Source of the DNA: Eledone cirrhosa
Taxonomy: Eukaryota
Length of the DNA stretch: 64,000 bases
NCBI GenBank assembly: GCA_964016885.1
Contig: OZ024741.1
Span: 412,300,001-412,364,000 of the forward strand
Direction: 5' to 3'
The notes beneath the pieces were generated by a model. The model worked only from the letters and a program-made list of their open reading frames with translations. It did no database searches and had not been told where the DNA came from. Made by a program: the position numbers and the translations under genes. Positions within the stretch are counted from its first letter, which is position 1, and each line of letters starts with the position of its first letter. Below are positions 14,000 to 28,409 of this stretch, piece after piece.

Positions 14000-14198
14000 A
14001 TATTTATATATATAAATAAATAAATAAATATATAAATATAAAAATTTCAGGTTATCATTTAATATAAACTGTTATAGATAAAATGAGATTTCTTAATTCA
14101 ATTCCCTAATGCATATACCAGCTGGCTACTAGCATTGATGTTATTCAGTAGCAGTCGAAATCTCCCCCTTCCTTAATTGACACTTTATAGTTAATACT

Positions 14199-14312
14199 TG
14201 TTTCTACTTTAGGCACAAGGTCAGCAATTACCCAGTGCATTACTAGTACTTTATTTTATCGACCCCGTAAGGATGAAAGGCAAAGTCAACCTCGGCGGGA
14301 TTTGAGGTTGAC
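14199..14312 (-). mobile_element. 5'-truncated SINE family 1, 11-bp TSD
   Basis: Same core as 7888-8073; TSD tagttaatact at 14188-14198 and 14313-14323. Confidence 0.85.
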
Positions 14313-14726
14313 TAGTTAATACTACTACACCAAATGACCAGCCCTGTCCATTGTTCAATTGGTCAAGTATAGATTAAAATAGGCACTCCCAAAAATTCTT
14401 ATTTAGATAAAATAAACCATTTACTCATTGTATTCTCATTAAAACCCATTTATATACTTGTTTAGCAGTAAATTGAATTACCATCTGTCATATACTTCTC
14501 TTCCTCTATTACAACTAATATAAATACTTCAATTTTTCTGATTTTTTCCAATTTATCCAAAATCTCTGAAGTTACAACTGATTATACATTTGGTATCGAA
14601 TACTTGCTAACATTATATGATTACGCAAGCAGCGATACATAGGTATTTCGTCTGTTACAGAAACATGTCGATACCTAATAAATTCCTTTTTTTTAAAAAA
14701 GCACTTTCATTTTATATTCATCTTTT

Positions 14727-16014
<1,288 letters not shown>

Positions 16015-16289
16015 GTTTCATAAGCTACTATATATATATATATATATATACATATTTAAAAAAATTGGTTGGCTGGTATAACCTAACGTAAAAAAATAAA
16101 TAAAAAAATTCTATCCAAAAATGAGAGCTTTGTGGCAGAGAAGGAATTGAACAGGGACAAATTTTTAGGAGAATCTGGAATAAAAATATTCTAATGGTGC
16201 ATTTTATATTTTATATTCTCTAAATTACAAGTGAACAAAATTAACGTTAATCTAACTATAACGTATTACTGCTACTTTATTGGATAAAC

Positions 16290-16762
16290 AATACTGAGTC
16301 AGCTTTTATAAGTCTTTTGAAAACCGAGAACAGAGACAATACCAACCATGTGAATTCAACAGATTTTTCCAGATAAATCTTAAAAAACAATTTTTACCCC
16401 CCCCCCCCCCCCACATAATCTCATCAACACACATATTATACATATATATACATATATATCTTTCATTTTCTCCCTTAATCACTAGCAAATACCAACTCCT
16501 CCAGTTCTAAAAATAGAAAATTCTTCCAGAAAGATAGACAGAGAAAAATGAGAGAAGAGAGGAACCCAGTATTTGACTGGTACTTTTATTCAGAAAAAGA
16601 TAATTGCGAGAAAACTATAGATAGGAAGAATTCACCCCAGCATTTCACTGGTACTTTTTTTTATCCAACGGAAGGAAGAAAGGCAAAGTTGACCTTGGCA
16701 GGATTTAAACTCAGAGAGCATAGAAATAAAAACGAATACTCCAAGGTATTCGAATAACTGCA

Positions 16763-16797
<35 letters not shown>

Positions 16798-17500
16798 CAA
16801 TTGTATATATATGTGTGTGTGTATATACAACAATATGATGAAATTAATTAAATCGAAAATGTTACCCCGATTAAAATACAAAAACATAACTATAAAAGCT
16901 TTTTTTTTAAAAGAAATTAATTGAATTGAATTTTTTTTAAAGAAATAAATGAAATTGAACTTTTTTTTTAAAGAAATAAGTTAAATTGAATTCTTTTTTT
17001 TTAAAGAAATATAAATTAAATTTTTTTTTTTTTTAAATAAATTAAATATAAATCTGACTGACCTGTGGGACTTTTCTTCTCAGTCCCAGGAGTGAACGCT
17101 GTGGTTGGTTTTCGGCGTATCTCTGAGCAGCCCTAAAAAGGGCTTAACGCATACCCACGTTGAAAGGACGCATGAGAATACTGTGTAGTCATCTTTCAAA
17201 ATCAGTGGCTGAAATGAAAATATGAAAAACGGGACTTGTATTTATAAGGAAAACAAAGTGACAGTAACTCACACATACTCACTCACGCACACACACACAC
17301 ACACACATGTATCTATGTATGTATGTATGTATGTATGTATGTATGTGGTTTTGCCGCCAAAAGATTAGCAAAGTTTGTGAGTGTGTATGTGTGTAACAAC
17401 AACAACAACAACAACCGAACAATAGCAACAAATAATAAAACAAAATTTATTATTCTATGAAGAAATTTAATATTTTGATCAAACAATGTGAAATATATAT
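16290..17500. repeat. Dispersed duplication, paralogous to ~50800-52415
   Basis: Shared tgagtcagcttttata, aattcaacagatttttccagataaatctt, SINE remnant, aatctgactgacctg, aatattttgatca..acaatgtgaaatata. Confidence 0.85.
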
Positions 17501-17607
17501 ATATATATATATATAGGAAGATGTATGACCCCGACGGCAGAGCTCAAGCCGTTTCGACGGCTATCTCTGGTGCATTATGGTCCATCTGGTTCCTTAACAC
17601 AACTCCG

Positions 17608-17649
<42 letters not shown>

Positions 17650-18044
17650 AGAAGTTGTATTTAATTTGTTGGAAGTTCGACAAACAAATGTTTATAACTG
17701 ATTTAGAGCACTCAACAGTTTACTGGAGTAAATATTTCGTGATATTAAATAAATGGAAACTATATTTATAAAACCATATTTATTTTATTATATATATTTC
17801 AAGGCCAACCAAGACAAGCTTGGTGCACTTTCATCAAATAAAATACAAAAGTTTATTTTGCTTTCCAACCGATAAGTTTTGCCTTTCATGGATACGTCTT
17901 TATTGATATATATATATCTATATATGTGTGTGTGTGTGTGTGTGTAGATATATAGAAAAATATATTAAAGGCGGTACCCCAGCATGACCTCAGCAAAATG
18001 GCTGGGACAAGTAAAAGAGTAAAACAATATACATATATATAATA

Positions 18045-18825
18045 CTAGCAGTGGTACCCGGCGTTGCACGGGATAAGTTATTTTGACCTAATCGTAGAAA
18101 AACTGCATGCCTGGACAATATGTAAAGAAAATAAACCGAATGCTCTGATGCAATTAGTATTAGGTATGCTTTTCCTTCCACGTGAAGAAAATCGGCTAAG
18201 TGCTTTTGTACTTTAATAAAGTGGCAGGAGTCAGCAGGACAGATGTCACCACTTATATCAGAGGGAAGTCTGCAATGCTTGAGCAAGGCATGACGTGCAA
18301 TCGGACAGCATATGGAGCCTTCTCGAACCAGTCCACCGCACCTTCACAAACGTTTACCAAACAGTGGGTATAATTTAACAATTTTACAGAGGAGTGGTGC
18401 AATAAAATGGGCCTTGAGGCGTGTGCGTGTTCACTCGCCACCCGAAACCAAAGGGTCGCCATCAGTTATTTCAAGGGCCCTTATAATGGATTTGTAAGCC
18501 GTTCACTGACACTCCAGTAACAATCAACAATTTCAAGTGGTGACCATAAAAAGGGCCATGTGAACGTTCTCTTAATAGTAACTTTCACTGCGTTCTCTGA
18601 CATTTGGAGGGTGTTACGGTTGCTTCCACTGGTAGCCTTTACAATGAATCAATGCGTTTGCGGCCCATTTAACAGCCATACATTGACGCGCCGAGTGAGA
18701 TGCAGACAGCTAGACATACAGACATATTATAAGGGCGCGGTGTAAAGTTTGAAAACAGTCGGTTGGGTGCTTCTCGAGGTTTAGGGATTCAAACTCACAC
18801 AGACATCCTTAGTTTTATATATATA
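18045..18825 (-). mobile_element. Non-autonomous Helitron (related to 2172-2794)
   Basis: CTAG end at 18045 with hairpin cccggcgttgcacggg ~11 nt inside; 5' region (aaagtttgaaaacagtc..agttttatat) shared with 2715-2794. Confidence 0.8.
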
Positions 18826-19141
18826 TATATATACCATATGATACGTTCTACCTTGCAATCCACAATGACAAGAAACCTTGTAAATACAATGTCGATCATA
18901 TCACACCATCTCCACCACCACACCACACATCGTCATGTGCATACCATACACGCCTACATCCTCATCCCCCCATGTTCCCTCTATCTACCCTAACTTGCAA
19001 CCCCACGTTAAATTCGATCCTGTAACTGTACTGTCGCACGCACACACAACCACCGCCACCACTAAATACATCCACATACTTCAACAATCATCATCAACAC
19101 ATATCACTCGATCCCAAATCGACTGTATTATATACCCCCCA

Positions 19142-19327
19142 GGGTGGGGGGTTGGCAGTCTCGGTAGAGGGTCGGACGCCATGCTTTCAAACATAGTTAC
19201 GTCCCTTTACGATCTGAGTTCAAATCCCGCCTAGGTTGACTTTGCCTTTCATCCTTACGGGGGTCGATAAAATAAAGTACCAGTAATACACTGGCTATTT
19301 GCTGGCCTTGTGCCTAAAGTAGAAACA
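19142..19327 (+). mobile_element. tRNA-derived SINE family 1, full length with TSD
   Basis: tggcagtctcgg A-box, gagttcaaatcc B-box, gttgactttgcctttcatcc..aaagtaccag core; attatataccccc(c)a on both sides. Confidence 0.9.
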
Positions 19328-19935
19328 ATTATATACCCCCACCCCCCGTATGCCTACCATATAACACACCGTAACCTCTGATCATGTAATCATCTTGCCG
19401 AACATATCACCCCAGCACCACCACCATCACCATGTCCACAACACACATGGCCGTACGTCCATAAACGCTTTCCCCCCCCGCGTTCCCTATCTCACCTCTT
19501 AACCGGTATTCGATCCGGTATATATATTTTTGTCCCTCACAACTCCATCCACCACCACCACCACAAAACACAACTCCATACTTCACCAACACCGACAAAA
19601 CATACCTCCACTCCCCAACCAACAATAGTGTGTGTGTCTGTGTGTAAGTATTTTACTCATACGGGCGTTTTAAGTGTGCGTGCGTGTACGCAAATTTATC
19701 TGTATGTGTGTGTGTATGTGAACACATGTATATACATATGTCTATGTGTGTGTATATATATATATATCTGTATATATATATATGTGTATGCATATGTGTA
19801 TGTGTGTGTATATATGTATGTGTGTGTATGTGTACGTCTACATATATGTATATGGGTAAATCTGACTATGTGTAGGTGAGCTCATATATGTGCATGTATG
19901 TATATATGTGCGTGTATGTGTGTGTTGTCGGTACA

Positions 19936-19988
<53 letters not shown>

Positions 19989-21289
19989 ATATATATATAT
20001 ATATGTGTGTGAGTATACGTGTGTGGGAGTGTGTATGTGTATATCTTGCATACATGAGTGTGAGTCCTTCCTCCCATCTCTGTCGTTCGCCACCCCCACC
20101 GATACTCCACCACTCTCCATATTCGTGTCCGCATGCGCGCATGCATATACATGTGTGTACATATACATATGGCTGTGTGTGAGCGTATGCCGATATGTGT
20201 GGGCAAGGATGTGCGTATGTGTCTTATGTTGTGTGTGTTTATACAACAATATATGTGCACATATATACATATATGTGTGTACGTATACGTATATACAAGA
20301 TATCTGTCAGACGAAGAGCGTCTATGTATCTATGTAAGGTCCTGACGCCACCAATACATCCACCACACCACCAAAAACGCCGCTACCATAGACAAAGGCG
20401 CCACTACCACACGCCAGCCCGTCTACAGAGTTCACTAACCTCACACCACAACCCATCCCACTAAATAACCTTAACCACCACCATATCTTCACATCCACAC
20501 CAACATACTCGACACGCCAAGGCCAACCCACCACCACCACCACACCACAGCCCACCTCATCCACAGACCGTCACCAACATCTCACCATCACACCCCCCCC
20601 CCCATATACACTACAGGCCAGTACATCGCCTTGATCCTTCTCACCAATCAAAACATCTCATTTTGTCAAACTCTTGAAACTCTGACTTTACCACATAGCA
20701 TGTATTTCATTTTCTTATAGCATTTTAAGAGGGTCCGTCGAGCTGCCGATTATTGAGTCGGGTAGGATCGATATAGATCGAACCTTGAGCTGATCAGTGG
20801 CGAAACGCGCGTCAAATATCAATAAATGCAATGAAGGAATAATCAACACTACAACTACCATCATGAAAATTGCCAATGGTGTCAGAAAATATATATATCT
20901 CTGTATTGAGTATGAGGGGTGGGGGAGATTACGGCTGTCATCTCATTTTCTTTCATCAAGGCTAAGTCATGTCGGGTTTGAAAACGTAGTTCAAATGATG
21001 GCGGTGGTAGCGAGTGTTGTTGGTGTGGTGGTTTGGTGGCGGTGTGGTGTCGTAGTGGTGGCGTAGTGGTGGTGAAATATAAACCACGTGGAGTGGAACA
21101 AATATAATGAAATAAATAAATATATATATACAAATACATACATACATACATACACACATACATACATACATACATACACACACACATACATACACACATA
21201 CATGTAGGTGATCTCTTTCTCTTAATTTCGAATATATTTTTTGACCGGTCACCTTCCTGGTGGCAAGGTTGTAAAAGAAAAGAAATTGT

Positions 21290-22410
21290 CATCCCTTGAA
21301 TCGCAAGAATGTTTTGCAAATTTTGAAGGTGCCAACTATCGCAGCCACTTGTAGACTGAATTAGGGAGCTGCGCTCTTTGTCAGCAAATCTAAGTTCAGT
21401 CATACTTTGGTCCAAGCGGGTTGGTATATAACCCGTAGCTCCAATAATGATGGGTATGAAGCTAAAGGTGTATTTTGGATACTGGATTTGTAAACTCCTC
21501 ATCAATGGTCCGTAGATGTCCTCCTCCTCCTGTATTTTTCTGACAACGTTTACATCAAGTGGGCAGCTGATCTCCACAACACAACACGTTTTCAATGGGT
21601 GGTCCCAAACAACAATATCAGGCCGGTTGTGCTTTAATTTGGTGGCAGTTTTTATTTTCAGGTTCCACCAGTATTCCTTAGTGCCATCTGTCTCGATATA
21701 TTCTTCCTCGTTTGTTGTTAATTTTGTTTTCCAAAGTGCGTTCCAGATGGTTCTAGCTATCCCATCGTGTCTCATGGGGAGGTAGTAGCGAGATGACATT
21801 CTTTCGCAGCTGGCAACAATGTCGCTTACATCTTCAATCTTTGTTTTACATAAGCCTACGTTTATTGTCAGCTGATGTCCCTCCTCTTTTGTGCAGCAGA
21901 TATTTGGTAGGGAGTTCTTGTTACTGTATTGCATAGAGATATCCCTCAAGGTGTCATGTCATAAACTTGTCGGAACTCCATGCCAGGCTTTTTGAGTGGT
22001 TTATCACCTCTATGGTCTGTGTTTTACGTCTCAAGTATACGTGCACAACTTTTTCTGTAAATTGGTCAATTTTTTCATCTTCTTTGAACAGTGAATAGGA
22101 TCTTCCGATTTCTCTGGGTGAGAGATTTATATCAGGCTTTATTCCATATCTCTCCTCCAGATCAGTGGCTATCCTAATGATATTTTTTTTTTCATGCTCA
22201 TAAACCTGGGCCATAAAACTTTTCCTCTGTTGAAGATGTTGCTTCAGTGTTACTATCCGGGTGTCATATGATGTTAATATGGATTTTAGACCCCGGCCAC
22301 CTTCCTTGCATGACAAGTACAGCCTATCCACATCACCAAAGTTCCCAGTAACACTGACAAGTTTTCGAGTTCTAACATCTATCTCTCTTAAGTATGTGAT
22401 ATTTACATCT
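21290..22410 (-). mobile_element. R4/Dong-like non-LTR retrotransposon 3' fragment (RT end, zinc knuckle remnant, restriction-like endonuclease)
   Basis: DRLYLSCKEGGRGLKSI; IVASCERMSSRYYLPMRHDGIA; KHNRPDIVVWD..VVEISCPLD; PIIIGATG. Confidence 0.85.
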
Positions 22411-22619
22411 CAAATGATATATATATACAGGGTGTTTCCAAAAATGTGTAAAGTTTATTCCGAGTTCAATCACAGCTAACAACAGTAAGTAAGGTACTCA
22501 ATTCATAACAGAGTATAAATATTTAATATAGTAATGACTTCTACATGACTATAACTGTTTCATTCAGGAGAATTATATACGTGCGTGCGTGTGTTTTAAT
22601 GACCATATACATACACCCC

Positions 22620-23020
22620 TCCAACAGTCCTTCACAATGTCTGGTTCCGGTTTCTCATCATTGTCAAGTCACACGTTAGCACGTTTTGTATTGAGAAGTG
22701 TCCATCCAATTCACAGTACTTGGATCCGATACTGTGCTGCCGCTGTGAAAGGGGTTTCGAGCGGCCAACTGGACTGTCACTTCTCATAACAGTGCAATCT
22801 AGTCCCAGGCTGCCACGGTCGTCTTTCGTATTGAGAAGTATCCATCGCGGGGAGAGGGCCCGGCTCCGAAATTGGGGTGCCGCTGTGAGAAGGATTCGGT
22901 GCGGCAAACTGGCCTCTTCCTCCTCAATGATATCACTGGTCACTTCGCATAGTTGTGCCATCCAACGCCATGCTCCAAAACTGGCTGTCGCTACATTGTC
23001 AGCTGTAAAATACTCAGCCG
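22620..23020 (+). mobile_element. Possible N-terminal fragment of a CRE-like non-LTR ORF (zinc finger remnant)
   Basis: CCRCERGFERPTGLSL then VLRSIHRGERAR; resemblance by eye only. Confidence 0.35.
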
Positions 23021-24048
23021 AAAAGAGTGTTTGGGACATAAAGGTTTTTAGATAAATATAAACACTTAGAGCGTGATTCTCGGGGAGATTCAGCATCAAA
23101 CATTCATCTATATATACCACAGACAAATTATATATATAATATACAGTTCTACTCCTGCAGAAGACATTTCTAGATTCAATATTTATACTCTGCTATGTAT
23201 TGAGTACCTTACTGTGGTTACCCCAGATTGAACCTGGGACCAACTCACACACACATTTTTATATATACACCTACCCATACACATGCACTCAGTTTGACAT
23301 ACGCACAGATACATTCTGATATAATGGCTGCGGTTAAAGATCGGAAGTAGGGTGTATGTCAGAAATTAGATTCTTTTATTGTTAACAAAGAACAAAGAAC
23401 ATGGCGGTAAATGTTGACTGACTCCAAAAGATAAAAAATAAATATTCGTTAATTTTTTTTAAATTATATTTCAGCTTTTCTTTGTAAATATTCATTTCCT
23501 CTCAATAATCTATATGACATATCATCACTGTTAGATACACATGTGTATTATCGGAATCAAAGAAACAACAACACGCGTAATTGTCTGTATCTCTATAACT
23601 GTGTCTTTCTATCTAACCCCCGCCCCCTCCTCTCTCTATATATACATATATCTTTCTATCAGTATGTCTATCTTTCACCAATTCTATTTCCTTCACTTTG
23701 ACTACGTAGCCCAACTGGTGGCGACAGTGTTGGTGTAGTGGTGTGTTGGTGGTGTGTGTTGGTGTGGTGGCGTGGTGGTGTAGTGGTGTGGTGGTGTTGT
23801 GGTGATGAAATATCAACCACGTGGAACACAAAATAGAATGAATACTACTACTAATACTACAAACAACAATAATAATTGTTTCTGCTTTGGGCAAAATGCA
23901 AACATTTTGAGAGGACGCTCTACCGATTACTGCAGGCACGTTACCCATCTAATAATAATATACTGTACATAAAAATCACAACACCATACATAATGACTGC
24001 GCCCTCGTTATCGAGTATGGCCATTGCGAGATATAACATTATTGATAA

Positions 24049-25220
24049 CTAGCAGTTTAGCCCGGCGTTACTCGGGTTTGTTCATTTGCTATGAAAAGTT
24101 ACATACAGGTAAACGTAGCTTGAAAGCGCATAATCTTATCAATTAAGTGCATAAAGCAGTTGAACCGGTTATTAATAGTTACGAACCAATTAGCATTTTG
24201 GACAATCAATGATGGCTTAATAATCTTCCAATAGCGAATTTAGTAGAACAAAGTTGCAAGATGGTGTCCCTGATGCCGCTGCGTGTCAGATCTGTCCGCT
24301 ATGGGTGACCCAACCAGTTTTCCAGACGGCATAACTCAAACATCTATAGCACTTCATAGTAGACGATATTGCGTGTCATCTCTTGAGGCGTGTAAGCAAA
24401 AAGTCCATTCCTGCTCCATACGCGGAAACTGGCAACAAAGTTGGCCATGGGAGAAGCATGGCTCCCCCAAATGGATGACCGCCACCAACAATGTTTGCCC
24501 TTGTGACTTGTTAATGGACTTGGAAAAAAAAAAAAAAAAATGGTCTCACCGGGAATTGGGATCGCCGGAAATCGAACGGGATATCTGACGCCGAGGGGCA
24601 AAGGTTCATCCTTGGAATGAAAACATTCTCCCCTCTCCAGCACCCCGTTACAATGGTGGCCTCAATCAAGTGCAGCGTCAGTGACTTGACGACCATGCGA
24701 GTACCGTTGCACTGCTTTGGTGGACGCAAGTTCCTTATTAGCATAATGGGACAGCCAACCTTAAGCTTAAGAATAAGAGGTGGGAGCCCTGGGGAATTTA
24801 ATAACTCAACCGGATAATTAACGATATCGTCGGGGTCTGACGCCAGGTCGATAGATTTGAAGATGTCTTCTTTACCGGGAATCTTCTCAATCAGCTGCTC
24901 GTTAATAAAATTAACCGTGGTATTTTTCCGAGCAAGGATGGCTCTTTCGCTGAGCTAATCGAGGTTTTTAAAGTTAGATGAGACATTAGAAAAAACTGCT
25001 TCCAAAAGGTCAGAAGGGCTGCTCACAATGTTGCACAGGGAGTCGATTGCTATTCCGCCTTTGTCATCCGCAGGGACCTTGCCCTCACAAAGTGCTAAAA
25101 TATTCTGACCAAATGCTGCAGACATGTCACCATGCAAATGAGCACGCATATTTGTGCTCAAGTACAAACTCTTCACCTGGAGCCACAACATGGACGACTT
25201 AAGGCAGGCAGGCACGCACT
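24049..25220 (-). mobile_element. Helitron 3' portion: PIF1-family helicase C-terminus, hairpin and CTAG end
   Basis: LSTNMRA, LKLKVGCPIMLIRNLRPPKQCNGTRMVV, VFIPRM, FRRSQFPVR, INKSQGQTL, CFSHGQL; hairpin cccggcgttactcggg 24061-24076; CTAG 24049-24052. Confidence 0.92.
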
Positions 25221-25224
25221 TCTG

Positions 25225-26115
25225 CTCTTGTCAAGGTGAACGGCTACCTCTCGGAGCCGTTCGAAATCGCGCGGTCCATCCGACAAGGGTGCCCTCTCTC
25301 CTCCCTTCTGTATGTAATGACTAGAGCCACTGCTGCAGAAGTTGGAGTTGTTAATGCCGTCGTCGGGCGGAGGTGGCGAACACATCTACTACCGCCTGAC
25401 CGTCGTGCCTTGCCCAAGGGAAACGCTCTCCAAAATGGAGCGCACACTCTTCCAATTCCTTTGGAAGAAGCGGGCTCCTATGGTGAGGAGATCCATCTGC
25501 TGTCAACACCCTTCGAAAGGAGGGCTGAGATGCCGTGGCTGGTGATGCGTAAACACGCATTAAGGCTACGGCACCTCCAGGTATTCATCACCGGTCAACC
25601 GGTGTGGGCCCCGTTTGTGAGGCGAGCCTTTCCCAGACTCGTCTCGCTCACCGAGCTGCAATCCTGGGTCAAGCAAAGACCGAGAAAATTGGGCGCCTGG
25701 CACACCGAGTGTGCCCAGGCGCTCACGGCTCTCTGGCAGGCGGACCCGGCTGTCAGTGGAGAATCCAACTCGTCATTCTATAGAGGGCTGGTGGTTAGCA
25801 GGTGCGGCAACACCCTCGGAGAAGCCCTAGGCATGGAGGAAAACGAACTGGCCAACCTGTTCGGTAGGACATTCAGCCCGGGACCTATGGATAACTTCCA
25901 GAGGTCCCTGGCCTGGCAGTGCCACCGAGGGGCTCTGCCCGTTCGAGAAAGGCTCTACAGACACGGGCGCCCTGGTAGAGACCCCTCGAAAAAGATCTGT
26001 CCCAGATGCGGGTGCGACGAGGAAACAGTTGCACACGCATTGTACAGTGCTCGCGCATTGCCTATCTGTGGGGCTATGTCGAACGACTGCTGTCACGGGT
26101 GGGACCGATCCGTTT
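25225..26115 (+). mobile_element. Tx1/L1-clade non-LTR fragment (RT piece plus C-terminal CCHC zinc knuckle), internally deleted
   Basis: VNGYLSEPFEIARSIRQGCPLSSLLYV; AWQCHRGALPVRERL; CPRCGCDEETVAHAL. Confidence 0.85.
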
Positions 26116-26238
26116 GACAACCGGGTTCAGCTTCGCTAAGGTGAAAAGAATACTAACTAGAGACAATAGGGTTTGCCAGACTCAATTTAAGAATAAATCA
26201 AGAAAAGAAATACAAACCGGAATTGTGGTAAGTACCAA

Positions 26239-26318
26239 TCACCCAGACACCTTTGGTAATGCTGTTTCGCAAAATTAATTGTGAAGAGGAATACCAATTC
26301 TTGCTCATCAGTGGATGA
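26239..26318 (-). ncRNA. Type I hammerhead ribozyme motif
   Basis: Minus strand: tcatcca-CTGATGA-gcaagaattg..caattaattttgc-GAAA-ca..tg-TC-tgggtga; 7-bp stem I, GUC site; lies between inverted repeats 26132-26218 and 26441-26508. Confidence 0.7.
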
Positions 26319-26759
26319 AGAATTATTATCATGGACATTTCTAAGTATATTAAAAAACTGAATAGTGTGCGTATATATAACGCACATGGTATCTGAACTT
26401 AGCGTGTCTCACAAACTCCCACCACTAAAGATAGCAGCCAAGTTTGTATTTATTTTATTGATTTATTCTTAAATTGTCTATAGTTAGTATTATTTTCACC
26501 TTAGCGAATCTCATGCCTTACTATTTGAACACATGTATATATCTGTGTTCGTTTTTCTTTTATATTCAATTATGATATATGTATATATATATATATTTAT
26601 TAAAATAACAGATTAAAGTTTAAGCAAAGAATCGCTGCTTTCACCCTTAACGGGATCTTCTGAAACTCACATACATACATACATACATACATACATACAT
26701 ACATACATACGTATATATATATATATATATATGCATATCTGCGCATGCGCGTGTGTGTG

Positions 26760-27038
26760 TGAATGTGGCGAAGATTAACGTCATTGCTGACGTCATGGAT
26801 CATAATGTCGTTATGCAGACAGCCAGACATACAAACATATTATAAGGGCACGATGGAGATCGATAACTGGTGCCTAACACCTCTTTAAAAACAGAAAATT
26901 GAAAAATAAAAGCTGCAGTTAATATCTTTAGACCACAAGGAATATATAAATGCAAGTTTGAAGCCAATCAGAGTAGAAATGTGGATTTGTATAGACTTTG
27001 CAAAAATGAGGAGACACACACAGTTTTATATATATAGA
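26760..27038 (-). mobile_element. Helitron 5' terminal piece
   Basis: Minus strand a|TCtatatatataaaactg at 27038; atgcagacagccagacatac..ataagggc shared with Helitrons at ~2540 and ~18700. Confidence 0.65.
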
Positions 27039-27069
27039 TGATATGAGTGTGCGGCGTTGTATCTATATC

Positions 27070-28115
27070 TTTCTAATTATGTCACTGAAAACATTGCCTT
27101 TCTTTTCACATTTTAGAAATGACACACTGTTCAATTATATGACCTTATAGAAGTGTCTAGAAGAGAGAGAGAGAGATTAAGTATACCTTATGGTTTGGCA
27201 CCACTGGGTCGGGCCTCTTTTCGTGGCAGGGTCTCCTTAGTTCCAGGGAAGTATTTCTCAAAACCACCTGGTACATTGCTGTTGCGTAGCAGAGCCCAGC
27301 CCTTCATTAGGGACAACAACGGCCGTGGTGAAGCAGTTACATATTTAGAGGTAACGTAGGAATGACGATATATCTGAAATAGAGATTTTAGGGGTTATAA
27401 AGAGCCAGGGTTAAAGGTGGGGTAGATATGATATATCTGAATATATAGAATGGTGGTGTTGGTGATGTAGTGTGATGGTGGTAGTGTAGTATGGCAGTGT
27501 TATAGTGCCTGGTAGTGCTGTAGTGTGTGGTAGTGTTCTAATGTAGGTTCAGTATGTGATGGTGGGGCTTCAATGGTTAGTGTGCTGCACTCATAAACAT
27601 AACATCAAACCCTAGGTCTGGCAGCACATTGTATTAATAAGCCAGTTGCTTCATTTCAAGTTTTTCGGGATAGAACTGGAGTCTATCATTACAACAACCG
27701 GGAAACCTCCTATGTGAGGACACCCTTGTCCATCTACCTATCTATATACATAGATCCACACACATAAATGTTTATGGATCTGTATTTTTGTGTATGAAAA
27801 AAATGGAAAAAATTAAAATCTCAAGTTAGGCTACTCTATAATTTAACTATTTGGTTCTCTTTGTTGGGTGTGGGTGTGTTTTATTTAGAAAGTTCAGACA
27901 GACAGCCATACAGATACATGATATGAGGGCGACGCGTCGTATCAATGTATCTAATTATTTGTCACTTCAAAGCTTGCTTTTCTTTTAACATTAAGTGTAT
28001 GCGAGAGAGAGAAAGAAAGAAAGAGAAAGAGAGAAAGCATACCTTTTGGTTTGGCACCACTGGGTCGGGCCTCTTTTCGGGGTGGGGGTCTTCTTAGTTC
28101 CAGGGAAGTATTTCT
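27070..28115. repeat. Dispersed direct repeat pair (27070-27260 and 27950-28115; partial third copy 29235-29340)
   Basis: ctaattat..gtcact..(ga)n..tggtttggcaccactgggtcgggcctcttttcg..ttagttccagggaagtatttctca. Confidence 0.75.
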
Positions 28116-28199
28116 CAGTGTCCGAATTGTCCTCACATTCAGAGTGCCCATAAGCCTTGACAACCTTAGTGCTGTTAAATCGACTACATGGTTCTTTTA

Positions 28200-28345
28200 T
28201 TATTTCACCCATAAATGGGGCCCTAACAGGTAACACTGCTCTGGGCCAGAGCAGACCTGGGAGTTATGACAACTAAGGGGTAACTCCACATTCCCCACAG
28301 CTCATGAACTCCCGAAATGGAGCCTTGTCACTGGATGTAGTTTAA
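28200..28345. repeat. Interspersed repeat (second copy 37280-37440)
   Basis: ataaatggggccctaacaggta..ggccagagcagacctgggagttatgacaactaagggg..cactggatgtagtttaatgtcatacccaggaca. Confidence 0.8.
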
Positions 28346-28372
28346 TGTCATACCCAGGACAATGTGTGTGTG

Positions 28373-28409
<37 letters not shown>

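Noticed and set aside
20882-21290. C-terminal extension of the 355-aa ORF
   Set aside because: Frameshifted read-through from the R4-like element into microsatellite and low-complexity sequence
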